Source: Azolla caroliniana (Eukaryota > Plantae > Polypodiophyta). Taken from it: DNA of 64,000 nt. Every line of letters begins with the position of its first letter. Positions within the stretch are counted from its first letter, which is position 1. Location: the NCBI GenBank assembly GCA_043228905.1, contig JBHGNT010000015.1:5580001-5644000 (forward strand), given 5' to 3'. Positions 54,301-64,000 of this stretch are shown in pieces. The position numbers were made by a program, and so were the translations under genes. The notes under the pieces were generated by a model. The model had not been told where the DNA came from. It was given only the letters and a program-made list of their open reading frames with translations, and did no database searches.

Positions 54301-57300
54301 TGATGGAGCTGTTAAAGCAGAACGTCGAGATGGGAATCCTCGAACCGTCGAGTGCCCCATACTCGAATCGGTGGTTTACCGTGCCGAAGAAGGACGGCAC
54401 GCTGCGCTTTATTCAAGACCTACAGCCGGTCAACAAGGTGACCATTCGAAACGCAGGAATCGGACCGACGATAGACGAGTTCGCGGAGGCCTTCGCCGGA
54501 AGGTCAATTTACTCGGTCGGTGATCTCTACTCGGGGTACGATCAGTTCCAGCTAGCCATAGAGAGCACAGACATCACGACAATGCGAACTCCTCTCGGCT
54601 TAGTACGGATGTGTACCCTACCACAAGGAGGGACGAACTCGGTGGCTCACATGGTGAACGCAATGAACAAGGCGTTGAGGGATTGTATCCCGGACATCAC
54701 CATGCCGTTTCTGGACAACGTCCCGATCAAGGGATGCCCGGTGGAGGAAAGGGACGAGACGATCGGACCGGATGGGTGCCGGAAATTCGTGGCGACGCAC
54801 ATCGATCACTGCGAGAAGGTGCTGCAGAGGTTGGAGGGCGCGAGGCTCACCTTCTCCGGGGGAAAATAGGCCTTCTGGCAATCAGAGATCATGGTCGTCG
54901 GACACCTATGCGGGTCGTACGGCCGGAAACCATCTCCGGCTAAGGTAGAAGCCATCTCCGCGATGAAGGACGATTGTAGCTCGGTCACGGAGGTTCGGAG
55001 GTTCTTGGGAGCGTGTGCGTTCTACCACATATGGATCCCGCATTACGCTCACGTCGAAGAGCCGTTATACGGGTTGCTGAAAAAGGGGCGAAAATTCGAG
55101 TGGAGAGACGAGCATACAGAGTCTGTCCGAAAGATGAAGGAAGCACTTGCCGCAGCTCCGGCGCTCCGAAAGGCTGTATACGGAAAGGACACTCCAATTT
55201 ACGTAACGATAGACACAAGTCCAACCGGGATCGGATGGGTCGTCAACCAAGAGGACGAGGATGGCATGCGTTTCCCGATCTGGTTCGGCGCGAAGGTCCT
55301 CAACGAGCGAGAGCGAGGATACGCCCAGGTTAAACGCGAGCTCTGGGGTATCGTTTCGGTGGTAAAGGCTGATAAAGACTACCTGATCGGGGCAGAGGTA
55401 ATTATAGAGACAGACTGCCTGCCAATTCTTGGCATGGTTTCCGGATGCGCGACGCCGGGCCTGGCAATGCTCAGGTGGATAGCGTACATCAAGTCCCTGA
55501 ATCCGGAAATACGACATATTTCCGGGAAAGACAATGCCATGACTGACATGCTTTCAAGGGCGAGGTTCGAAAACGAGGGTGGCATGGTTTCGGAGGACGA
55601 GGAAGTCAGCATGGACTTCTTCAAGGCGGCTCACGTAACAACCGGCAAGGAATGCACTCCAACGCTTAATGATTTTGACGAGAGCAAGTACGACGGGGAG
55701 TGGCTGCAGATCGACGGGTTCCTGAAAACAATGACACCGGACGCGGCATGGACAACGGACGAGGCCAACCGGATTCGGAAGAAAGCATACCAATTCTTTC
55801 TCTGGGACGAGTACATATGGAAGCACCCGAAGAAGAGGAACGGCATCCCGTTTCGAGTGGTGGCGAAGAAGGAGGAACAGGAGGATTTGCTGGCGGCGTA
55901 CCACGATAGTCCTTGGGCTGGACACCGTGGAACATGGACCACGTTCGAAAAGCTAAAAGGGAAGTACTAGTGGCCGGGACTATACCGGGACGTGCATCGG
56001 TTCGTGACAACTTGCGAAAGCTGCCAAGTCCACTCCATGATCCGACACCGGGACGAGCTTCACCAGACCTACCCTCCGACCGTCCACTTCAAATGGATGG
56101 TGGATTTGGTAACGATGCCAATGGGGGTAGGACAGATGCGGTATCTGGTGCTGGCTCGGGAGGATCTAACAAACCAGGTTGAAGGTTGAGCCCTGTAGAA
56201 CAAGACGACTGCAGCCATATGCCGGTTTTTGATTGAGAATGTGGTATGACGATACGGGTGCGTAGGGAAGATCGTGGCTGATCGTGGTGAGTTGGACGCA
56301 GAAGAGGCCGAAGAGCTGTTCGACCAGCTAGGAGTCAAACTTTCGCTCACCACAGCGTACAATCCGGAGGCGAACGGGAAGGTGGAGCGCGGACACGGGC
56401 CAATTGTCAAAGTGCTAGTACGAATGTGCGGAGGCCAAGTCGGGAACTGGCCACGACTGCTACCTTATGCCTTATGGGTGGACCGGACTATGCACAGTTC
56501 GGTAACCGGGTTCATGCCGGCCGAGCTTATGTTTGGACAGAAGCCGATCATGCCAACAGAGCGAACGATCTCCTCGTGGGCCACGGTGGACTGGAGGGAT
56601 GAGATTAGCCGGGAGGAATTGTTGGCGGCGCGGATTCGACAGCTCGAGTGGATGTCGGAGAACGTAGAGCGAGCCGCGGAGAAACTTCGGGTAGTGAGGA
56701 TAAGGAACAAAGCCCAATTCGACCGAACACACCAGCTCCGGCCAAGAAAGATCGAGGAAGGCGATTGGGTGCTAGTCTACGACAGCAGCCTCGACAATCA
56801 GCACAGGGCCACGTGGAAGTTTGCGACGAGGTGGTTCGGGCCTTACGTAGTAACAGGCGCCAACGGCAATGGGACGTACCATCTCGCGGAGCTCGACGGT
56901 ACGAGAATGGCGATACCGGTAGCGGGGAAGAGGATCAAAGCGTTCAAGAAACGACACGACGAGCAGCCCGAGGCGGAGGATGAACCGGTAAACGAAGAAT
57001 AAAAGCAAGGATCGGTTTTCTCCCGTAGGAACCTAATTTTGGCGCATACCAGTGGATGCGCGGTTAGGTGGGGGCGGATGTCGTGAAGAAAACCGTCCCT
57101 AGGCGCAAACCGTGTATAGTGTGTGTGAACCGGCCCTTACACGTGGGCACGCCCCTTGTTGTATGGTAGATAGGTAGGTACAAAGGTCAAATCCTAGGTA
57201 GCAATATTCTATAGGGGAAATCGAGGAGTATCTCTGTCCGAAAGGACAGAGAATTAATGTGATGTAAACGGGTGAAACGGCCTCCCTCCTTGAGCTATAA

Positions 57301-57815
57301 AAGAGAGGGAGACGGGGGAGAGAAGGTATCGCGCGCTAGAGGGGACGAAGTGCTGTCGGACTGGGACCATGCTCTTCTTCTCTGTTGTTCTCCATAGCTT
57401 TCTTTTGCGCAGGTTCTCAGGAGGCTGATCTTGCTCCGTGGAACGCCCGTGTGCTTCCGGCAGAATCTCCATCTTGCTCTCCTGTGTGCGTGGGTGGTCA
57501 GGCGTCGGCATCCATCTCGCTGACCTGATCGGCTATAACCGTTCGAGTCATCTGCATACATACAAATACATACACATATTTATATACATACGCTAGCGTT
57601 CTCAACTCGTGTCTCCTGTGTTGTTGGGCCGCGTCCCCGTGCGCTTCTTTGTCTATACGTGTGTGAGCGTCTCTTGCTCTCTCGCTCTCTCTCGCTCTCT
57701 CGCGCTCTCTCTCTCTCTCTCTCTCTCTCGCTCTCTCCCTCTTCTCACCTATTCCTCGGTCCAAGACCCCAGTGGTCCCGCCTTATTCTCCATGCACGCG
57801 TGTACCAACATGACA
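50687..57815 (+). mobile_element. Ty3/gypsy element H (same lineage as K, decayed), LTRs 50687-51397 and 57079-57815
   Basis: TGTCG...GACA LTRs, PBS TGGTGAACCCGACGTGAAT at 51402 (tRNA-Trp), PPT AGGTGGGGGCGGA, TSD ATGT/ACGT. Confidence 0.92.
51441..57002 (+). pseudogene. Gag-PR (51441-53553) and RT-RH-IN (~53550-57002) of element H, with stops and frameshifts
   Basis: Clear homology to the K proteins: CMWCDTVGHIQKDC, ALVDHGSKINLM, LPQGGTNS, PFLDNV, HDSPWAGHRG, YNPEANGKVER, WFGPY. Confidence 0.9.
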
Positions 57816-57995
57816 ACGTTGTAGGCTCGAACCTTAGGCTCCAACGGCCTATGAGTTCTCACTATTCTAGAGTACAATCCGGTTCTCCGGTCCAGCTCTA
57901 GGTTCCGGGTACCTATCCGGTTCTCCGTTCTGGATACTGATCGGTCTCTGGCTTATTTAGTCGATCCAGATCTGGTTGAGCTTGTCCACTCAACA

Positions 57996-60900
57996 ACAAT
58001 CACCAAGACTTTGGTGTCAATCAAACAGATCGTTCATCAGAGCATGCAAGTACGATTCACTTATCTTGGATGCTTCATCAAGGAAGGAGGCCAGATCATT
58101 GTGTAAGAGTGTGGAGAGGGGGGGACGTTCATCCTCAAGAAAAATGACGTCGGTGTTGTAATGTTTGCTAAAGGATAGAAAGTCGAATCAAACATCGAAA
58201 TGTGGCATAAGCAGATCGACCACGTCAATTTTCCCCGACTGCAAGAAATGTAGAGCAAGAAAATCATTTTAGGCTTGACTAAATTTTGGTGGCTGGAAGG
58301 GCAAAGTTTGCGAAGCTTGCTAACTTGGGAAGCAACATTGGCTTCCTTTCCCAAACAAGAAAATATTTAATCCATTTGGATGTGTGTGGACCGGCACAGA
58401 ACGTGAGCTTAGGCGGGAGTCAATATTTCGTCTCCTTCATCGACGACTATAACCAACACACTTGGATCTACCTCATAGAGAAGAGTGACGTCTTCTCTTG
58501 TTTCCTAAACTTGAAGAGCTTAGTGTAAAGGGAAACTGAGAAGAAAATCAAGTGTCTACGATTGGATAGCATAAAAGAATACTTTTCCAGCCAGTTCAAC
58601 CATTATCTGCAGCAAATGGGAATTTAGCGCGAATTGTCCTATAGGTATACACCAAAGCAGAAAGACATACTTGAAAGGAAGAACCGACCAATAGAAGAAG
58701 CAGCCAGGGTCACGTTGGAAGAAAAGAGCATGCCTAAGTTCTATTGGGCCGAAGTGGTTAGGACGACCGTTTACCTTCAAAATCGGACATCTACAGTTGG
58801 AGGCAAAGTGTCGCCACATGAGTTGTACTTCGGGAAGAAGCCGAATTTGCCACACTTGAGGGTGTTCAAGAGCATAGCATATGTGCATGTGCCAAAGGAA
58901 AAGCGAAGGAAGTTGGACCGTAAAGCTAAGAAATGTATCGTGGTTAGCTATTCGAATGAGAAAAAGGGTTATAAATGTTATAACCCCCAAACCATATTAT
59001 TAGGTTCGAGTAAGCCTTGATGTCGTGTTCGATGAAACGGCTTCGTGGTACCAACCTTCGACCAATCCGACCCCTGTGGACTCCAAGCCGAACTCCAAAG
59101 ATGAGGCCAACGAGGCCGATCCAATCGATGAGGAAGAAGTCAGTACTCCGGAGGAAAGTCTGATCTCATTTTGCCTAGGTGGGCCGAATGAGGAGCTTGG
59201 CTGAGACACCGGCTGGCGAGCAACGAGGACTCGGTCGTGCAATCCCCGTGGATGAGGTCGAAGGGATGACTTGTTAGGAAACAGATCCCTCCGGATGGGA
59301 TTGGAGTACCCGGCAACGGAAGAACCGGTGAGAACCGGATGTGGAGTACCCGGCAACGGAAGACCCGATGAGAACCGGATGTGGGGTACCCGGCAACGAA
59401 AGACCCGGTGAGAACCGGATGATGAGTACCCAACAAGAGCCGGATGGTGAAGGCCCGGTGAGAATTGCTCACCGGATGAAGGAACATATTCGTAAATATG
59501 TTTTCTGAGAGTCCATTGGGGCTATATTTGTAAATAGCCGAAAAGTCATCTTAGTATAAATATGACTTAGGGCAAACTTAGTATAGAGCAGTTGTCATTT
59601 CTTGTTGGTGCAAGATTTGAGTGCGTAACTGTGTACAGAGAGAGAGAGAGAGAGGAAGAGGTCGTTGCCTCGGTGGTTTACTATTGTACATTGTGATATA
59701 GTGATAGTTTGCAGTCTGTGAGTTGTCGTGGTTTTTCCCTAGTTTGGGGTTTCCATGTTAACATCTTGTGTACTCTTCTCTTCACTGTGTCGTGCGTGCA
59801 TTACCCGTTTTCTATGTTTGATCCTAGGCTCAGTTGTGGCCGAGTGTTGTTCATTGGGAGCGTATATTCCTGTCAAAGTGGTATCAGAGCGAAACGACAC
59901 AGAAAATGGACGATTCGTTGGGAGGCATGTTCAAGCTCACCGGCTCCAACTATTCGGTGTGGAAGTCGAAGATGAGGGACATGCTCGTGGTTAAAGATCT
60001 TCTGTTGTCGGTTCAGTTCGGGCACAAGAGACCGGACAAAATCGACGCCACAATATGGGAGGTGATGCACATGAAGACAACAGCTTACATATGGTGCTTC
60101 ATCGACATGAGTCTATACAACAAATTCAATGAAGAGAGCAAGGCTCATGAGCTCTGGGAGAAGATCGGCATTATGTTTCAGAACAAAAATGTTGTTAATC
60201 AGGTTTCGGTATTTCCGAAACTAGTAAGACTCCGGTACCAAGATGTCTCCAGCATGGCGGAGCACATGAATGCCTTCCAGGGGTTGATCCATCAAGCAAC
60301 ATCATTGGAAGTACCTCTCGCCGATGAGGTACTAGCACTACTCCTACTCGGTTCCCTCCCGGATAGATAGGAGACGTTGGTTGTCACCTTGGGCAACGCC
60401 GGGCCAGAGGGAAAACGGTTATCCCTAGCAAGAGTGAAATCGAGCTTGCTAGATTAGGAGGCGTGTCGGAAAAACAAGGATACGAACTCCGATTCCAAAG
60501 CGCTCCTTACCGAATCGGAATGCAGAAGACAAAGGAACCGTAGTCCCCAGAACCGGGAGAAGTCGGGGATACGGTCAAAGTCAAGGGGGAGGCCTACTTG
60601 CTTCTATTGCGGCAAGCCGGGACAGTTCCAGAAAAACTATCGGCACTTCCGAAAAGACAAGGAAACCGACGACACCGATTCGAAGTGGACACCGAACCGG
60701 AACGGGAAAGACCAGTGGGGAATAGACCGGAAGGGAACGACGACAATCACGGCAAGTGAAGAAGAGTTGATGCTCATCACCGAGGAGAGTGAGCTAAACC
60801 TTGCCGGCGACGAGATGACCTGGTTGGTCGACTCCGGAGGGTCGTTCCACCTTACCCTGGACCGGAAATGCTTCTCATCCCACTCAGCCGGTGATCACGG

Positions 60901-63900
60901 CTGTGTCCGGATGGGGAATGAAGGTACATGCCGAATTGTCGGCATAGGAGACGTGTGGTTGACAACTCCAACCGGATGCAAGTTGCTGTTAAAGGATGTC
61001 CGACACGTTCCGGAGGTTCGTCTGAACTTGATATCAGCCGGTCGGCTAGATGATGAAGGCTACACATGTAGCATCCGGAACGGTGTTATGAAGTTCAGCA
61101 AAGGGAGCCTGATTGTGGCTCGAGCCCGGAAGGTGAACACGTTGTACCTGATGAATGCCCGGTTATGTCTGGAGGAAGTGAACGTGGCAATCGACACTGC
61201 CGATGAGTTGTGGCACAAGAGGTTGTGTCAAATGAGCGAGAAGGGGATGAAGAGGCTTGCAGATGACAACCTCATTCCAGTAAAGAACGTGCAGTTAGAG
61301 AAGTGCACTGATTGTCTGGCCGGTAAACAAAACCGGACCTCCTTCCGATCGAGGCCACCGATGAGACGTAATGCACCATTGGAGTTAGTGCATACTGATG
61401 TGTATCAAGTGGACACGAAGTCACATGTAGGATCGCAGTACTTCGTGACGTTCATAGATGACCACAGCCGGAAGTTGTGGGCCACACCGTTGAAGACGAA
61501 GGATCAAGTGTTATCCGTCTTCAAAGAGCTCCATGCGAGAGTGGAAAGAGAAACCGGCCGGAAGCTGAAAGCGGTTCGAGAAGATAACGGAGGTGAATAC
61601 CGAGGGCAGTTCGAGGAGTACTGTCACTCGAAGGGAATCCGGGTTGAATTTATCGTGCTGAAGACGTCGGAACTAAACGGGATGACCGAGAGGATGAACC
61701 AGACCATAATGGAGAGGGTCTGGAGTATGCTGGCGCATGCAAAATTACCGAAGAAGTTTTGGGTTGAGGCGTTGTCGACGGCGACATATGTGATAAACAG
61801 ATCACCCTCAGTACCCTTGGACGGATACACGCCATAGAGAGTCTGGACCGGTAAGGAAGTGTCCTACCGGCATCTGAAGGTATTCGGGTGTCTCGCGTAC
61901 GTGCATGTTTCTAAGGATCGGAGAGGAAAGTTGGATCCAAAGACCCGGCCATGCATATTCCTTGGTTACGGCGACGATGAGTTCGGCTACCGAGTGTGGG
62001 ACCTGGCCGACAAGAGGGTATTCCGGAGTCGAGATATTATCTTCATGGAGGACAAGACGCTCGCCGACTGGGAGTCGGAGAAGAAGATAATGAACTCCGA
62101 GTCGACCAGTAAGGATCGATTCTACGATGAACAGACCCAACCGGCAAGAGACCGGTTCGCACTCGATGAACCGGCTGGTGACGGTAAGGAGACAAGACAG
62201 GCCGAAGAAGAAGGAATAGGCGAAACCGGAACTGGCCAAGACCCCGAATCGGATTCGGATGAAGAACAAATAGTGGAGCCGGTTGCCGAAGGTCAAAGAC
62301 GGAGATATCCTCTCAGAGAGAGAAGAGCAAGGAAATATTATGGATGAAGGACTTCATCGAAGAGCTCGGTATCCGGCAAGATGAATACCGGCTCTATTGC
62401 GATAGTCAAAGTGTCATCCACCTTGCTAAGAATGCAGCGTATCATTCCAGGACAAAGCACATCCAGCGTAGGTATCACTGGATCCTGGCATGAGTAGAAG
62501 ATCGAGAGTTCGCGCTGATGAAGATCCACACGGCCGAGAACGGGTCAGATATGCTGACCAAAGTACTGACACCTGACAAGCTGGATGCATGTCGGAAGCG
62601 GATCAGACTAGTAAGACATTCCATGCCGAAGTGAAGGGGGAGTTTGTTAGGAAACAGATCCCTCCGGATGGGATTGGAGTACCCGGAAATGGAAGACCCG
62701 GTGAGAACCGGATGACAAGTACCCGGCAACGAAATACCCGGTGAGAACCGGATGTGGAGTACCCGGCAACGGAAGACCCGGTGAGAACCGGATGATGAGT
62801 ACCCGGCAAGAGTCGGATGGTGAAGGCCCGATGAGAAGTGCTCACCGGATGAAGGGACATATTAGTAAATATGTTTTCTGAGAGTCCATCGGGGCTATAT
62901 TTGTAAATAGCTGAAAAGTCATATTAGTATAAATATGACTTAGGGAAAACTTAGTATAGAGCAGTTGTCATTTCTTGTTGGTGCAAGATTTGAGTGCATA
63001 ACTGTGTACAGAGAGAGAGAGAGAGGAAGAGGTTGTTGCCTCTGTTGTAACCGCTGCCTGTAGCAAAGATAGCAAGGAAGAGGTCGTTGCCTCGGTGGTT
63101 TACTATTGTACATTGTGATATAGTGATAGTTTGCAATCTGTGGGCTGCCGTGGTTTTTCCCTTGTTTGGGTTTTCCACATTAACATCCTATGTACTCTCC
63201 TCTTCATTGTGTCATGCGTGCATTACCCGTTTTCGGTGGTTGATCCTAGGCTCAGTTGTGGCCGAGTGTTGTTCATTGGGAGCGTGTATTCCTGTCACGA
63301 CTGAGCCACAAAGAGAAGGGGAAGAAGAAGAAGGTGCCAGAGCACTACAATAATGAGGGCATGTCGGATCAGAGTGAATCCGATGATGCCATGAGTAGTG
63401 ATGGTAGTTGTCAGGAGTTGAGGATGGATTCGGCCAAAAGGGCCTTGAAGATGGGCAATGAGAGGTTGCCCTGATCAACTCACCACAAGAAACTTGTAAT
63501 CGGGTACGGGTACAATGAGTACATTGCACATCATTATGCGTACATGACCAAAGTGGCAGAGATATGCAAGTCAGAGAGTTAGACAGAGGCAGCACAAGAT
63601 GCCGATTGTGCCGGAAGCACAAGTGATCGTTGATCAACATCTAGATATGTGTTCTCTTTGGGGAGTGTGGCAATTGCCTAGTGCAGCAAGAAGTAGCCGA
63701 CACTGGCACTGTCGATCACCGAGGCCGAATACAGAGGAGCTGATATCACAATGTGTGAAGCCATATGGTTCAAGAGGCTACTGAAGTATCTACGGGTAGA
63801 GGTTTCCTATCCAATGATGATCTATTGTGACAACTTCAATAGCATCCAGATCACTATGAACCCCGTCTTCCACGCTCAGACAAAGCACATTGATGTGCAT

Positions 63901-64000
63901 TACCATTTCGTGTGCAAGTGATTTCTCAATGGTGAAGTGGAACTGCAATATGTTCTGACAGATCGACAGGTGGCCGACATCTTCACCAAACCTCTTGATC
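57996..64000 (+). mobile_element. Decayed copia (A/B family) integrase and RNase H remnant, split by element J
   Basis: HLDVCGPAQNVSLGGSQYFVSFIDD, KFYWAEVV and RRKLDRKAKKC. After J: KEKGKKKVPE and CDNFNSIQ..NPVFHAQTKHIDVHYHF. Confidence 0.8.
59272..63297 (+). mobile_element. Ty1/copia element J (E/F family) with RT deleted, LTRs 59272-59875 and 62645-63297
   Basis: TG...CA LTRs with 40-bp internal repeats, PBS TGGTATCAGAGC at 59879, PPT AAGGGGGAG, TSD TGACT/CGACT. Gag, PR and IN ORFs; sequence jumps at ~62330 from the IN linker to the RNase H end. Confidence 0.9.

Larger units (their letters stand above)
49005..57995 (-). mobile_element. Heavily deleted copia element I (A/B family): RT/RNase H scraps, gag 49778-50317, 5' LTR 50416-50686 plus ~57820-57995 split by gypsy H
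   Basis: MDRGMASSLLTEKL gag, PBS TGGTATTAGAG at 50415-50405, LTR start TGTTGAGTGGACAAGCTCAAC (minus) at 57995, YTDADWA fragment near 49080. Confidence 0.75.

Noticed and set aside
57670-57740. (CT)n/(GA)n and (TA)n microsatellites
   Set aside because: Ordinary LTR-associated simple repeats.

Overview
Eukaryotic, almost certainly land-plant, heterochromatin-like nest of transposons with no ordinary host gene; a non-seed plant origin is only an inference. Most of the window is nested, partly decayed Ty1/copia and Ty3/gypsy LTR retrotransposons, most delimited by LTRs, PBS/PPT and TSDs. The standout is a cut-and-paste DNA transposon at 32468-48782 (about 9.0 kb once a nested gypsy is removed), with 36-bp TIRs and a 4-bp TSD CAAT. 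It carries two divergent genes: a Sola1/DUF7869-like DDD transposase with one in-frame stop, and an apparently intact six-exon gene (~974 aa) fusing a ParB/Srx-like domain to a bacterial-type beta-class amino (6mA/4mC) DNA methyltransferase. Intron 1 of that gene holds six long palindromes at ~51-bp period, and a very young intact gypsy has inserted at the axis of the sixth. Other observations: a conserved GGAUUUU plus pseudoknot -1 frameshift in two gypsy elements, a pol-less LTR element with PBS-like motifs at both ends, and a copia family with a post-RNase H extension and duplicated PPT. All family assignments come from motif reading by eye; no database searches were run.
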